Below, one piece after another: positions 35,160 through 45,998 of a stretch of 64,000 nt of DNA (its first letter is position 1; every line of letters starts with the position of its first letter). Position numbers and translations under genes: made by a program. The notes under the pieces were generated by a model that searched no databases, was not told the DNA's origin, and saw only the letters and a program-made list of their open reading frames with translations. Source of the DNA: Syntrophorhabdaceae bacterium (GTDB lineage Bacteria > Desulfobacterota > Syntrophorhabdia > Syntrophorhabdales > Syntrophorhabdaceae); contig OY762209.1 in assembly GCA_963665295.1 (NCBI GenBank), positions 4,608,001-4,672,000 of the forward strand, in the 5' to 3' direction.

Positions 35160-35967
35160 AAAAATCAGAGCAGAAATGGTGGACGTACAAAACATGTACG
35201 ACTACAGAAAAATAGAGATCGATAAGGTCGGGGTGAAGGGCGTAAAGTATCCTATCGTGGTTCTCGACAAGGCTAACGGGTTTCAGCATACCGTGGCCAC
35301 CATCGACATGTACGTAAACCTCCCTCACAACTATAAAGGCACTCACATGAGCAGGTTCGTGGAAATACTTCATGAAAACCAGAGTATGATAAACATGAAG
35401 AACCTTCCGAACATCCTGCGGCAGATGAGAGAACGGTTGAACGCGGAGTCAACCCACCTTGAGGTAAGGTTTCCTTACTTTCTGAAAAAAGAAGCCCCTG
35501 TAAGCAAGACACCGAGCTACATGGAATACAAGTGCGGTTTTCTCGGGTCCATGGACAATTCAGGGACCATGAAGGAGTTTACTGTCACCGTCCTGGTGCC
35601 CATGAATACCCTCTGCCCCTGTTCAAAAGAGATCAGCGAACATGGCGCGCACAACCAGCGGGGTGTGGCGAGGGTAGATGTGCGGTTCAAAAAGTTCTTC
35701 TGGATAGAGGACCTCATTGCCACCGTGGAGGCATGTGCGAGCAGCGGCATCTATTCCATACTCAAGAGAGAGGACGAAAAATACGTAACGGAAAAGGCCT
35801 TCGAAAACCCGAAGTTCGTGGAGGACGTGGTGCGCGACATCGCGGAAGCCCTGTCGAAGGATCCTAATTTTACGTGGTTTGCCATCGAAGCCGAGAACTT
35901 TGAAAGCATTCACAACCACAGCGCATATGCATATCTAGAAAAAAAGAGAGAAGGAGGAACCTTATGA
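35152..35967 (+). CDS. folE2: GTP cyclohydrolase IB
   Basis: KGTHMSRF, LCPCSKEIS, AHNQR, LKREDEK, ESIHNHSAYA. Confidence 0.93.
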   Translation: MSRKIRAEMVDVQNMYDYRKIEIDKVGVKGVKYPIVVLDKANGFQHTVATIDMYVNLPHNYKGTHMSRFVEILHENQSMINMKNLPNILRQMRERLNAESTHLEVRFPYFLKKEAPVSKTPSYMEYKCGFLGSMDNSGTMKEFTVTVLVPMNTLCPCSKEISEHGAHNQRGVARVDVRFKKFFWIEDLIATVEACASSGIYSILKREDEKYVTEKAFENPKFVEDVVRDIAEALSKDPNFTWFAIEAENFESIHNHSAYAYLEKKREGGTL

Positions 35968-36446
35968 GAAAAATCGTCGTCGTCTGCTTTGCCCTGCTGC
36001 TCGCCGTGTCTGTCCTTGCCGGGTGCTCGACCTTTGGTGGATCAAGCGCGAAAGATGATTCCGCGAAAGCAAGAGGAGATCTCCCGAACCAGGTATTTTA
36101 CGGCTTCCCCGATATCCCCGTTCCCTCGGAGCTTACTTATTCCCCTAACAAAAGTTTTATCTACGAGACCCAGTCAATGAGGGTCGGCGTGCTCGTCCTC
36201 TCCGGCAACGTGGACCTCCAGTCTCTGGAGGATTATTTCAAGGTCAATATGGTAAAGAACGGCTGGAGATTTATAAACAGCTTCAAATTCAAGGGCGATG
36301 TAGCTTCCAACTATGCAAAGGATGACAAGACAGCCAACATAAAGATGAGCAGGGACTCCTTTTCCTCGCAAGTCGAGATATGGGTAGGTCCGGCTGCTTC
36401 TTTTGATAAGGGAAGTATGCAGAAGGGCAATGGACCGGCAAGATAA
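35964..36446 (+). CDS. Hypothetical lipoprotein
   Basis: AGGAGG SD; lipobox LAGC; FPDIPVP motif. Confidence 0.75.
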   Translation: MRKIVVVCFALLLAVSVLAGCSTFGGSSAKDDSAKARGDLPNQVFYGFPDIPVPSELTYSPNKSFIYETQSMRVGVLVLSGNVDLQSLEDYFKVNMVKNGWRFINSFKFKGDVASNYAKDDKTANIKMSRDSFSSQVEIWVGPAASFDKGSMQKGNGPAR

Positions 36447-36693
36447 TCCGGATAGATGGGTAAGAATTCACACTTTCGAGAGCGTCTTCGAGATGGACAT
36501 AATCAAAGACGCTCTCGAAAGGGAGGATATTGACTATCGCATCAAGGAATACAGGGACACGGCGTACGACGGTCTCTTCATCCTGCAGAAAGGCTATGCA
36601 AGTCTTTCCGTCCCCGCGGAACACGAGGAAACAGCCAGGAAAATCATCAGTCAGATAAGGTCTCTCCCCTATGTGGTATATTCGAAGGATTGA
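36430..36693 (+). CDS. DUF2007-like small protein
   Basis: E..IIKDALEREDI, D.AYDGLF, LSVP....E.AR pattern; overlaps the lipoprotein stop. Confidence 0.6.
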   Translation: MDRQDNPDRWVRIHTFESVFEMDIIKDALEREDIDYRIKEYRDTAYDGLFILQKGYASLSVPAEHEETARKIISQIRSLPYVVYSKD

Positions 36694-37387
36694 TCCTCTG
36701 CAACCTCTGCAGCACGGGAAATATTTCTCTTTTACAGGGGCTGGAGGTAAATCCTCCCTCATCGAATGCATCGCCCGCAGGGCCGCCATGAGAGGCAAGA
36801 CCGTGGCAATAACCACTACGACCAAAATATACGCAAAGGAGCCTTACCTCCTTTTCGACAGGCCCGGTCCTGTGCCGCCGGGCAGCGTCATCCGTGTAGG
36901 AAAAACCCTTGAAGGAGAAAAACTGACGGGACTCACCTTTAATGACCTGCAATCACTGGGCGATACGGTTGATCTGGTCCTCATAGAGGCGGACGGGGCC
37001 AAACACTGCCCCCTGAAATACCCTGCCCCCCACGAACCGCTTATACCACCCTTTTCAGACATGGTCTTCGTAGTGGCCGGTCTCGACGGTCTTCACGGCA
37101 GGGTGGATGATCGCGTGTTCCGGTGGGAAATCTTCCGCAAAGAGGCCGGCATTCCGGGAGATGCGAACATTACGGAAGATGTATTTCTGCGCCTCTTCTC
37201 GGAAAAGGGTCTGCTGAAATGTGTGGACAGGCATAAATGCACCGTGGTCCTCAACAAATACGATATGCTGAAAGACAGACGGGAGACGGGCAGCCTCGCA
37301 AAGAAGATTATGGAACTCACGGGCTGCAGGGGGACAATCGTGTCGAGCGTCCTCCACGATGTGTTCTACATGGTGACGCGAAGCTGA
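36671..37387 (+). CDS. yqeC: Selenium-dependent molybdenum hydroxylase accessory protein YqeC
   Basis: GAGGKSS, TTTTK, LIEADGA, PLKYPAPHEPLIP. Confidence 0.8.
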   Translation: MWYIRRIDPLQPLQHGKYFSFTGAGGKSSLIECIARRAAMRGKTVAITTTTKIYAKEPYLLFDRPGPVPPGSVIRVGKTLEGEKLTGLTFNDLQSLGDTVDLVLIEADGAKHCPLKYPAPHEPLIPPFSDMVFVVAGLDGLHGRVDDRVFRWEIFRKEAGIPGDANITEDVFLRLFSEKGLLKCVDRHKCTVVLNKYDMLKDRRETGSLAKKIMELTGCRGTIVSSVLHDVFYMVTRS

Positions 37388-37613
37388 CGGGAGCCTCAAG
37401 CCCCGCCGCCTTTTGAGCGCTCCATGTGCCGCCCCGCCCGCCACCCCACTCCACATCGCAAGGCTGTCCGCGAAGTTGTTCAAAAAGACGGTTTCTTCGG
37501 GGCCTCCTCCGAGCCCGCTTAAGGTCCCCTTCTTGACACCCCTCACCGGGGACATTAGCCTTATCTTAGATATGAGAATATCGGCCCGGGACACTCCGGA
37601 AAGGCGGCTCATC

Positions 37614-38420
37614 ATGAAACATGAAAGATTGAACAGGATATTCCTCCTGGTATCCGCAGTCTTCTTAGGCATGGTCGTCTGCCTCGCGGGCTCCGGCTGC
37701 GGTCTCACGAGGCAGTGCGTGACAGGTGAACCCCCCGTGGCCGAAAATCTTCCCGTACGTGAACTGGCTACCGTTGTCGTCTCAGACGAGTCCGCCAACC
37801 AGGAAGACGTGGAGAATCTGGTCCGGGAAGCCAACGAAGCCTTTTATGAGCAGACAGGGATACGTCTCGTGGTCAAAGACCGGCTCGTCGTCACGTGGCA
37901 GCACTCTTCCAGACACGGAACGCTTCAGGAACTCGTGGATAATATGAAGACATATGGGAAACCCTTCGATATCGCTATAGGTTTTTACGAAATGGGCCCC
38001 TTGGACCGGCTCGAATTCAACCTGGTGGGAGGCTGGGCAGGGGTCATTGACGATGTGTACCGGAGGTTCGTGGTAGTCCGAAGAGACAACCTCCATGCCC
38101 TCGTGCACGAGTTGGGACACATCTTTCTCTTTGACCACAAGCATACGGGCGGAGTAATGAGCGCATACACGGTATGCATGGTGGGCGATCATATATGCAA
38201 CAACTATTCGATATGCTTCTCCGAAGAGGACAGGAAGGAAATAGTCAGGAACAAATGGCGTGATTTTTCCGTAAAGCCGGAATTGTCGGAAAGGGAAGAT
38301 CTTATTGAAGGCTTCTCCTACAATAAAACCTGGCTCGGCCTTGTTCTCGACCTCTTCAAATGGCCTTTTACGCGCCCGGCAGATGATTCCCGCCGTAGCC
38401 CCAAAAGGCAGGCCCCATAG
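37614..38420 (+). CDS. Secreted or lipoprotein zinc metallopeptidase (zincin)
   Basis: Signal/lipobox-like GSGC; HELGHIFLFDH followed by Met-turn-like GGVMS. Confidence 0.7.
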   Translation: MKHERLNRIFLLVSAVFLGMVVCLAGSGCGLTRQCVTGEPPVAENLPVRELATVVVSDESANQEDVENLVREANEAFYEQTGIRLVVKDRLVVTWQHSSRHGTLQELVDNMKTYGKPFDIAIGFYEMGPLDRLEFNLVGGWAGVIDDVYRRFVVVRRDNLHALVHELGHIFLFDHKHTGGVMSAYTVCMVGDHICNNYSICFSEEDRKEIVRNKWRDFSVKPELSEREDLIEGFSYNKTWLGLVLDLFKWPFTRPADDSRRSPKRQAP

Positions 38421-38492
38421 GACACGAGGGACCTTCTTCTCCTCCGAAGGCGATGATTCATGGAGCCTGCCCGCGTGAGGTTAATAAAATGC

Positions 38493-38520
38493 TTGACTTA
38501 ACCCCCTAAAATGGTTTAAT
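38493..38520 (+). promoter_or_regulatory. sigma70-type promoter of rplM-rpsI-argC
   Basis: TTGACT-16 nt-TTTAAT with extended TG. Confidence 0.55.
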
Positions 38521-38549
38521 TTAAACAAATTTTTTAAGGGTGACGACTA

Positions 38550-38978
38550 ATGAAAACCTATTTTCCAAAAGAAGAAGATATCGCAAAGAAAGATTGGTAC
38601 GTAGTGGACGCAGAGGGAGCGACCCTCGGAAGACTTGCCGCAAAGATAGCCGTGATTCTCAGGGGAAAGAATAAACCGACCTTCACCCCCCATGTGGATA
38701 TGGGCGACTTCATCGTAGTGATCAATGCGGACAAGGTAAAGCTTACGGGCAGAAAACTTGATCAGAAGACATATGAGAGATACAGCGGCTACCCGAGCGG
38801 ACTCAGGGTCATAAACGCACGCACCCTGCTCAGCAAGAAACCGGAAGACCTTATTATGTTCGCCGTCAGGGGAATGCTTCCCAAGAATATCCTCGGACGG
38901 AAACTGCTCAGCAAATTGAAGGTATACAAGGGAAGCGAACATCCGCACAAAGCCCAGATGCCGAAAGCATTAGCGTAA
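38550..38978 (+). CDS. rplM: 50S ribosomal protein L13
   Basis: [34 protein letters not shown]. Confidence 0.97.
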   Translation: MKTYFPKEEDIAKKDWYVVDAEGATLGRLAAKIAVILRGKNKPTFTPHVDMGDFIVVINADKVKLTGRKLDQKTYERYSGYPSGLRVINARTLLSKKPEDLIMFAVRGMLPKNILGRKLLSKLKVYKGSEHPHKAQMPKALA

Positions 38979-38990
38979 AGGAGATAGAAG

Positions 38991-39383
38991 GTGCCTGATA
39001 AAAGATACTATGCAACGGGAAAAAGAAAGACTGCCGTCGCGCGAGTCTGGATAAAACAGGGTACAGGTAATTTTCTCATCAATGGCAAGACGATCGACCA
39101 GTACTTTCCTCTTGAGGAACTGAGGATCATGGTGAACAAGCCTTTTCTTCTCACCGGCCATCTTGCGAAATTCGATGTAGTAGCCAACATATACGGTGGA
39201 GGCATTCCCGCTCAGGCATGGGCATTAGGCCATGGAATCGCAAAGGCCCTTCTGGAATTCAACGCCAATCTGAGGGTCACTCTCAAGAAACAGGGGCTCA
39301 TCACAAGAGATCCCCGGTCCAAAGAGAGAAAGAAGTATGGTAAGAAAGGGGCAAGAGCAAGCTTCCAGTTCTCAAAGAGATAA
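38991..39383 (+). CDS. rpsI: 30S ribosomal protein S9
   Basis: ATGKRKTAVARV, TRDPR.KERKKYG, QFSKR. Confidence 0.97.
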   Translation: MPDKRYYATGKRKTAVARVWIKQGTGNFLINGKTIDQYFPLEELRIMVNKPFLLTGHLAKFDVVANIYGGGIPAQAWALGHGIAKALLEFNANLRVTLKKQGLITRDPRSKERKKYGKKGARASFQFSKR

Positions 39384-39389
39384 TCTCTT

Positions 39390-40412
39390 ATGTGGAATGT
39401 AGGTATTATAGGGGCCACTGGCTATACGGGGCTTATACTTATATCGACCCTGCTTTCCCATCCCCAGGTAAAAATTACACTAATTACGTCGAACACCTAT
39501 AAGGGCAGGAAGATCTCAGAGGTCTTCCCGCTCCTTAAAGGTATTTTTGAAGAGAGGCTTCAGCCGACAGACGAGTCGCACAGAGGCAAGTGTGACGTTT
39601 ACTTCCTTTGTCTCCCCCACGGAAAGTCAATGGAAACGGCAAAAGCCCTTTTTGACGACCGGGCGGTAATCATCGATTTAAGCGCTGATTTCCGGTTTGA
39701 GGACGTCGAAATCTATGAAGGCGCGTACATTCCCCACACCGCGCAGGAATTGGTGCCCCATCTGGTGTATGGTCTTCCCGAGCTCTATCGCGCAAAGATA
39801 GCACGGTCGAAGCTCATAGGGAATCCAGGATGCTATCCGACCTCGGCTATTCTTGCACTTTATCCCCTCTTGAAAGAGCATCTCCTCCATGGCGACCTCT
39901 TTATCGACTCAAAATCCGGAGTGAGCGGCGCGGGTCGGGAGGCCAAGCTGGGGAGTCTGTTCTGTGAAGTTTCGGAAGGGTTCAAGCCTTACGGGGTCGG
40001 CGTGCACCGCCATGAACCGGAGATACAGAAAGAAGTTCACAAGCACTCCCATATAAAGGTGGTATTCGTTCCTCACCTGCTCCCCATGAACAGGGGCATA
40101 CTGACCACCATATACGGAAGATTGAGAACGCCCGCAGCAACGAAGACAATCAAAGATTTGTACGCAGACACCTACAAGAATGAAACTTTCGTCCGCGTGC
40201 TGGACGAGGGATCGTATCCCGACACCCGGTTCACCCGCTACTCGAACTACTGTGACATAGGTCTGAAGACTTTTGAGGACGGAAGGGTAATCCTTATATC
40301 CGCCATAGATAACCTTGTCAAAGGAGCGTCCGGCCAGGCAATCCAGAATATGAACATCGCCCTCGGCATGGATGAAGGGACCTCCCTTATGAGAGTGCCT
40401 CAGTATCCCTGA
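39390..40412 (+). CDS. argC: N-acetyl-gamma-glutamyl-phosphate reductase
   Basis: GATGYTG, DLSADFR, NPGCYPT, SGVSGAG, DNLVKGASGQA. Confidence 0.95.
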   Translation: MWNVGIIGATGYTGLILISTLLSHPQVKITLITSNTYKGRKISEVFPLLKGIFEERLQPTDESHRGKCDVYFLCLPHGKSMETAKALFDDRAVIIDLSADFRFEDVEIYEGAYIPHTAQELVPHLVYGLPELYRAKIARSKLIGNPGCYPTSAILALYPLLKEHLLHGDLFIDSKSGVSGAGREAKLGSLFCEVSEGFKPYGVGVHRHEPEIQKEVHKHSHIKVVFVPHLLPMNRGILTTIYGRLRTPAATKTIKDLYADTYKNETFVRVLDEGSYPDTRFTRYSNYCDIGLKTFEDGRVILISAIDNLVKGASGQAIQNMNIALGMDEGTSLMRVPQYP

Positions 40413-40543
40413 TTCGTTTTTGTAAGGATCGGGCTCTACGAGCCTGCTCGGCATTGAACACTCTATGACGAACTCGGGACGCGGCACGGACCCGTGTAAA
40501 TCCACGGGAGAGTGAGCCTCTTGCTACCCATATCAATGCGAGG

Positions 40544-41023
40544 ATGAATCCCATGAGAACCACCGACAAAGCCGGTTTCACGAGGAGAGTCTATTTTGCT
40601 CTTGCCCTCTGCTGCTGCGTATCCATCCTCTTCGCGAGCGCGTGCAGCCACAAGACGTCGGCACGCAGGCATGGGCAGGGGAAACCGGTTTTCCTCAAGA
40701 ACGTGGAACCGGAACAGATTTTCGCCCTGATAAAGGAAAGCAAGGGCGATCCCAATTTCGTCATCCTCGATGTAAGGACCCCGGAGGAATTCGCACAAGG
40801 GCGTATCGACGGCGCCATCAACATCAACTATTACGCCGATGACTTCAAGGACAAACTTGCAGGTCTCGATAAAAACATGACGTACGTTGTGTACTGCAGG
40901 ACCGGGAGGAGAAGCGCGGAAACCTTCGAGATGTTGCGACGGGCCGGATTCACCGCAGTGTATCATATTTCGGGAGGGTTCGAGAGGTGGCTGGCGGACG
41001 ACCTCCCTATTCTCAGAAAGTAG
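40544..41023 (+). CDS. Rhodanese-domain protein, probable lipoprotein
   Basis: Hydrophobic N-terminus with ASAC; LDVRTPEEF, YCRTGRRS, GGFERW. Confidence 0.85.
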   Translation: MNPMRTTDKAGFTRRVYFALALCCCVSILFASACSHKTSARRHGQGKPVFLKNVEPEQIFALIKESKGDPNFVILDVRTPEEFAQGRIDGAININYYADDFKDKLAGLDKNMTYVVYCRTGRRSAETFEMLRRAGFTAVYHISGGFERWLADDLPILRK

Positions 41024-41126
41024 CTTTTACACAGGTCCTTCGAGTCCGCAAATATCGGTATCCTCCTTCCTCACATACGCTTCCGGCGCGCTCCTGCGCG
41101 GCAAAAGGGTTGAACGCCGTAAAGGG

Positions 41127-41795
41127 CTATGAATCCCGGCCGGGGCCCGCGATGTGAAGACCCACGAGACGGGCGACAAACACCGCCAGATACACCTGGC
41201 CGGTCATTGCTTCAAGGATCGAGGCTACTTTCGCCCCCTGACTCGTCGGTAGGATATCCCCGTAACCCAGCGTGGTCATCGTGGTGAAGCTGAAGTAAAA
41301 GAAGTCCGGAAGCCCGCCGACAGCGGCTCCATAAATGAATGACGCCCGGTCCAGGGCCCACATCAGGCTGTAGAGGGATTCCCACCATATCCCGATCAGG
41401 ATGTAAAGGGAAATGCTGCCCTTCACCGTATCCGCCGTCACCGACCTTTCACCAAAGACCACCTTCAGCATAAATACTATCGTAAGACCCATACAGACGA
41501 GGTAGGCGAGACTAGAGAGGACCAGGACGATACTCCGGTCGGGCATGGAAATGTACAGGTAGTCGAGGATAATGGCCAACCCCGCCACAAGGCAGCAGGC
41601 AACGAACAAGACCCTCCCCGCGCCCAGTATTCTCAGCATCGCAAGGATTATGATTACGAACAGCAACGACTGCCCTATAAATGACAGTATATCGCTATGG
41701 GTCACTGTCGGTGAGATCACAATCATCGCCACGAGGGCGGTGAGAAGGATGGAATACTTGTTCTCAATGACTTTCTGCCAGTGGGCCTTCTTCAT
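41127..41795 (-). CDS. Potassium channel family protein
   Basis: YFSFTTMTTLGYGDI selectivity filter; multiple TM; ATG 41795 after GGGAG. Confidence 0.85.
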   Translation of the reverse strand: MKKAHWQKVIENKYSILLTALVAMIVISPTVTHSDILSFIGQSLLFVIIILAMLRILGAGRVLFVACCLVAGLAIILDYLYISMPDRSIVLVLSSLAYLVCMGLTIVFMLKVVFGERSVTADTVKGSISLYILIGIWWESLYSLMWALDRASFIYGAAVGGLPDFFYFSFTTMTTLGYGDILPTSQGAKVASILEAMTGQVYLAVFVARLVGLHIAGPGRDS

Positions 41796-41973
41796 CGCGT
41801 ACGCTCCCGGAAAGATTGACCTGCGAAGTAAGTTTAATATAGCAGGCTCATCCCGTCCACTACTAATTCCGGAAGACACGTCCGGTTGTCCTTCAGTCCC
41901 GTACTGCATCCCGTCATAACCCCCGAAGCGGACTTTCCACAGGCCATGGCGCCCCGCCCTCCCCTTTATTAGG

Positions 41974-42002
41974 TTGACTATTGGCGCGTTTTTTATTATG
42001 TT
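41974..42002 (+). promoter_or_regulatory. sigma70-type promoter of the ffh operon
   Basis: TTGACT-17 nt-TATGTT, ending 9 nt before the ffh ATG. Confidence 0.55.
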
Positions 42003-42011
42003 ATTAGTTCT

Positions 42012-43343
42012 ATGTTTGAGAAATTACAGGAAAGATTAGAGACAACCTTCAAGAAGCTCAGGGGATACGGCAAGCTCTCCGACGCCAACATCAAGGACTC
42101 CCTGAGAGAGGTGAGAATTGCCCTCCTCGAAGCGGACGTCAATTATAAGGTGGCAAAAGACTTTCTCGACAAAGTCAAAGAGAAAGTGCTCGGCGGGGAA
42201 GTGCTCACGAGTATCACTCCTGGGCAACAATTCATAAAAGTCGTCTTCGATGAACTCTGCGAGCTTCTGGGAAAGGTCAACAAGCCCCTCGATGTGGCCG
42301 GTTCGCCCCCTGTGGCCGTCCTTCTTATAGGGCTCCAAGGGTCCGGAAAGACCACCACTGCGGGAAAACTTGCACTCATGCTCAGGAAGAAAGGACGGAA
42401 GCCCCTTCTTGTCGCCACCGACGTGTACAGGCCTGCTGCCATCGACCAGTTGATCAAGTTAGGCAACCAGATCAACGTGGCGACCTTTTTCCTGAAGGAC
42501 AGCCTGGACCCTCTTAATATTTGCAAGGAAGCCAAAGCCTATGCAATGAAGAACGGCTTTGACACTATGATAGTGGATACCGCTGGAAGGCTCCACATTG
42601 ACGACACCATGGTCAATGAAGTGGCGGCGCAAAGAAAATACCTGAACCCCAGAGAAACCCTTCTCGTCCTCGACGCGATGACCGGTCAGGACGCGGTCAG
42701 CATAGCCGGGGCTTTCAATGAGAAGGTGGGCGTAGATGGCGTCATCCTGACAAAGCTTGATGGAGACACCAGAGGCGGAGCTGCCATCTCCATAAAGGCG
42801 GTAACAGGGAAGCCCATAAAATTGGTTGGTATCGGCGAAAAACTCGACGCCCTTGAGCCCTTTTATCCGGAGAGAATGGCCTCGCGGATTCTCGGCATGG
42901 GCGACGTAGTCTCCCTTGTAGAGAAGGCCCAGGACGTTTTCGACGAGAAGAACGCCCAGGAACTCGAAAGGAAGATCAGAAAGGATGAGTTTACCCTTGA
43001 AGACTTCCAGCAGCAACTTAAGCAGATGAAGAAACTCGGTTCCATGGAATCGATTATGGGCATGATCCCGGGGCTCAACAAAATGAAAGGCTCCATTGAC
43101 TTTGGTGCGGCCGAAAAAGACATGAAGAAAACCGAAGCCATAATCAATTCCATGACCCGCAAAGAAAGAATCTATCCGAACATCATCGACGGAAGCCGGC
43201 GCGTGAGGATAGCGAAGGGGAGCGGCACCAAGGTTCAGGATGTGAACGAACTTATGAAAAAGTTCATGGAAACAAAGAAAATGATGAAGAAATTTACAAA
43301 GGGGGGCTTGAAAGGCCTCCAAAAACAGTTATTATTAAAATAG
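42012..43343 (+). CDS. ffh: Signal recognition particle protein
   Basis: [28 protein letters not shown], Met-rich M domain. Confidence 0.97.
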   Translation: MFEKLQERLETTFKKLRGYGKLSDANIKDSLREVRIALLEADVNYKVAKDFLDKVKEKVLGGEVLTSITPGQQFIKVVFDELCELLGKVNKPLDVAGSPPVAVLLIGLQGSGKTTTAGKLALMLRKKGRKPLLVATDVYRPAAIDQLIKLGNQINVATFFLKDSLDPLNICKEAKAYAMKNGFDTMIVDTAGRLHIDDTMVNEVAAQRKYLNPRETLLVLDAMTGQDAVSIAGAFNEKVGVDGVILTKLDGDTRGGAAISIKAVTGKPIKLVGIGEKLDALEPFYPERMASRILGMGDVVSLVEKAQDVFDEKNAQELERKIRKDEFTLEDFQQQLKQMKKLGSMESIMGMIPGLNKMKGSIDFGAAEKDMKKTEAIINSMTRKERIYPNIIDGSRRVRIAKGSGTKVQDVNELMKKFMETKKMMKKFTKGGLKGLQKQLLLK

Positions 43344-43354
43344 GAGGTGGCCAA

Positions 43355-43609
43355 TTGGCTGTTAAATTCAGACTGACGCGCTACGGATCAAAGAAAAAAC
43401 CGTTTTACAGGATTATAGTTGCCGACAGCAGATCCCCGAGAGACGGCAGGTTTATCGAAAAAGTGGGCACATATGATCCCCTGAAAGATCCTGCACAGAT
43501 AACCCTTGATAAGGAAAAGATAAAGACCTGGTATGCCAAGGGCGCGAGGCCCACGAAGACGGTCGAAAACCTGTTCAAGAAAGAAGGGGTGCTGAAGGAG
43601 TTGGGCTAG
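43355..43609 (+). CDS. rpsP: 30S ribosomal protein S16
   Basis: [28 protein letters not shown]. Confidence 0.96.
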   Translation: MAVKFRLTRYGSKKKPFYRIIVADSRSPRDGRFIEKVGTYDPLKDPAQITLDKEKIKTWYAKGARPTKTVENLFKKEGVLKELG

Positions 43610-43634
43610 CATACTAAATCATGGAGGTGGGATC

Positions 43635-43868
43635 GTGTTGAAAGAGCTAATCGAATACATCGCAAAGGCATTGGTGGACAATCCCGATCAAGTGAAAGTG
43701 TCCGAGATCGAAGGCGAGAAAACATCCGTGATAGAACTAAATGTTGCAAAAGATGACCTTGGAAAGGTAATCGGCAAACAGGGCAGAACCGCAAGAGCAA
43801 TGAGAACTATTCTGAGCGCAGCTTCCACAAAGGTGAAGAAGAGAGCGGTTCTAGAAATCATCGAATAA
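43635..43868 (+). CDS. khpA: KH-domain RNA-binding protein KhpA
   Basis: [19 protein letters not shown]; conserved position after rpsP. Confidence 0.92.
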   Translation: MLKELIEYIAKALVDNPDQVKVSEIEGEKTSVIELNVAKDDLGKVIGKQGRTARAMRTILSAASTKVKKRAVLEIIE

Positions 43869-44368
43869 TGAGGTACATCCCAGTCGGTAGGACGCTCGCT
43901 ACCCACGGTTTAAAAGGGGAAGTCAAATTCAGGTATTACAACGACGTAAAGGAAGATTTTCTGAAATATGCAACGCTGTTCGTCAGGCAGGAGAGCCTGT
44001 ACGCAGAACTCGAACTGGTAGGGAAAAGGTTCCAAAAGGGTCTCTTTTATATCAGCTTTAAAGGACTGGACAGCCCGGAGGAGGTCTTCCCGCTCCTGGA
44101 CAAGGAATTGTTCGTGAGAGAGGAAGACCTCCCTCGTTTAGAACAAGACGAATATTACGATTATCAGTTGGTTGGCCTCGACGCAGTAGACAGGGGCGGC
44201 ACAAAGGTGGGAAGCGTGAAAGCGGTGGTTCATACAAAAGCGAATGATCTCCTCGTGATTACAACTGGAGGGGAAGAACTTTTTATCCCTCTCATGGAAG
44301 AGTTTATCTGCAAGATCGATCTCGAAGGCTCGTCAATCATGGTGGACGAGAGCGCTCTTACCACATGA
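43868..44368 (+). CDS. rimM: Ribosome maturation factor RimM
   Basis: HGLKGEV, EYYDYQLVG, ANDLL, IP; synteny. Confidence 0.92.
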   Translation: MRYIPVGRTLATHGLKGEVKFRYYNDVKEDFLKYATLFVRQESLYAELELVGKRFQKGLFYISFKGLDSPEEVFPLLDKELFVREEDLPRLEQDEYYDYQLVGLDAVDRGGTKVGSVKAVVHTKANDLLVITTGGEELFIPLMEEFICKIDLEGSSIMVDESALTT

Positions 44369-45099
44369 TTTTTACCATTTACACCCTATTCCCCAATCTC
44401 TTCAGTTCCCCCCTTCAGGAAAGCATCATCAAGAAGGCTGCGGACAAGGGGCTGGTCCGGTTCAATATTGTAAACATAAGGGATTTTGCCGAAGACATCC
44501 ATAGAACATGCGACGATAACCCCTACGGAGGCGGTCCGGGCATGGTTATGAAGATAGAGCCCATCCACCGCGCCATGGAGCACGTGGAGCGGACCATGGG
44601 AAGGTCGAAGTCGGTGCTCCTTACGCCTCAGGGCAGAATATTCGACCAGTTCACCGCGGAGAGGTTTGCGAGGGTTCCCCATCTGAGCCTCATCTGCGGA
44701 CGGTACGAGGGCGTGGACGAGAGGGTGCTCAGCCTTGTCGATGAAGAGGTGTCCATTGGCGATTACGTCCTTTCCGGAGGAGAAGCGGCGGCCCTGGTGC
44801 TGATAGACGCCATATCGCGTTGCATACCCGGCGTGCTCGGAAACGACCAGTCAACAGTGGACGAGAGCTTCAAGGAACATCTCCTTGAATACCCCCAGTA
44901 CACGCGGCCCGAAGAATATCAGGGCATGGTGGTCCCCCCGGTTCTGCTTTCCGGCAACCACGAAGAGATCCGGAAATGGCGCAGGGAGGAATCATTAAAA
45001 AAAACCGTCCTGAAACGGCCCGACCTGATGGACAGGTTCATGCCCACAAAGGAAGACGAAAAGCTTTTGCGTAAGGTCATGGAGGACATCTCTGAATAA
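44365..45099 (+). CDS. trmD: tRNA (guanine37-N1)-methyltransferase
   Basis: DD.PYGGGPGMV, CGRYEGVDER, SIGDYVLSGGE, LEYPQYTRP. Confidence 0.96.
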   Translation: MIFTIYTLFPNLFSSPLQESIIKKAADKGLVRFNIVNIRDFAEDIHRTCDDNPYGGGPGMVMKIEPIHRAMEHVERTMGRSKSVLLTPQGRIFDQFTAERFARVPHLSLICGRYEGVDERVLSLVDEEVSIGDYVLSGGEAAALVLIDAISRCIPGVLGNDQSTVDESFKEHLLEYPQYTRPEEYQGMVVPPVLLSGNHEEIRKWRREESLKKTVLKRPDLMDRFMPTKEDEKLLRKVMEDISE

Positions 45100-45667
45100 C
45101 GTAAGCATAGCGGTTATCCATTATCCCGTGTACGACAAGAACGGCGAGATTGTGGCTACGAGCGTAACCAACCTTGAAATACATGACATTGCAAGAACTT
45201 GCATGACATTTGGTATAGGTTTGTGCTATATTGTTACGCCTCTTGTAAAACAGCGGGAAATCGCGGCAAAGCTGGTGGACCACTGGCTGAACGGATACGG
45301 CGCCGTTTATAATCCCGCCCGCAGCGAAGCCCTGAAAAAGGTTCGCGTAGTCGGGGACATCGAAGAGATGGTCAGGGATATGGAAGGCGAGCCCCTCATA
45401 GTAGGGACTTCCTCCAGAGAGAGGCACGAAAAGAGAATAGGATCCAAGGAACTTTATTCCCTCATGGAAGCAGGAGAGAGGCATGTTCTTGTTCTTTTCG
45501 GGACCGGTTGGGGACTTTCGGATCAGGTGGTAGACAGGTGTGAGAAAATGCTCGTGCCGATCAAGGGAAAGGGCGACTATAATCACCTCTCTTTGAGGGT
45601 AGCGATAGGCATAATTCTTGATAGAATATTTGGTGAAAGAGGAGGATGGAATGAACGAGATGATTGA
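45092..45667 (+). CDS. SPOUT-type RNA methyltransferase (DUF2168-like), probable CTG start
   Basis: [40 protein letters not shown] 6 nt before CTG 45092. Confidence 0.85.
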   Translation: MNNVSIAVIHYPVYDKNGEIVATSVTNLEIHDIARTCMTFGIGLCYIVTPLVKQREIAAKLVDHWLNGYGAVYNPARSEALKKVRVVGDIEEMVRDMEGEPLIVGTSSRERHEKRIGSKELYSLMEAGERHVLVLFGTGWGLSDQVVDRCEKMLVPIKGKGDYNHLSLRVAIGIILDRIFGERGGWNERDD

Positions 45668-45998
45668 CTTGATAGAAAAGGAACACATGCGACTCGACCT
45701 GCCTGAAATAGGCGTGGGCGATAACGTAAAGGTGTACACAAAGATCTTCGAAGGCGATAAAGAAAGAATCCAGATGTTCGAGGGAGTTGTTATCAGAAGA
45801 AGAGGTGGGAATACGAGAGCCACCTTCACCGTGAGAAAGGTATCCTATGGTGTGGGCATTGAAAAGACATTCCCTGTCAACTCTCCCCTTATCGACAAGA
45901 TAGACATCCTGAGCAAGAGCAAGGTAAGAAGGTCAAAACTTTACTACCTGAGGGCCCTGAGAGGTAAAGCGGCAAAGCTTAAAGAAAAACGCGTGTAA
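45651..45998 (+). CDS. rplS: 50S ribosomal protein L19
   Basis: [39 protein letters not shown]. Confidence 0.96.
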   Translation: MNEMIDLIEKEHMRLDLPEIGVGDNVKVYTKIFEGDKERIQMFEGVVIRRRGGNTRATFTVRKVSYGVGIEKTFPVNSPLIDKIDILSKSKVRRSKLYYLRALRGKAAKLKEKRV

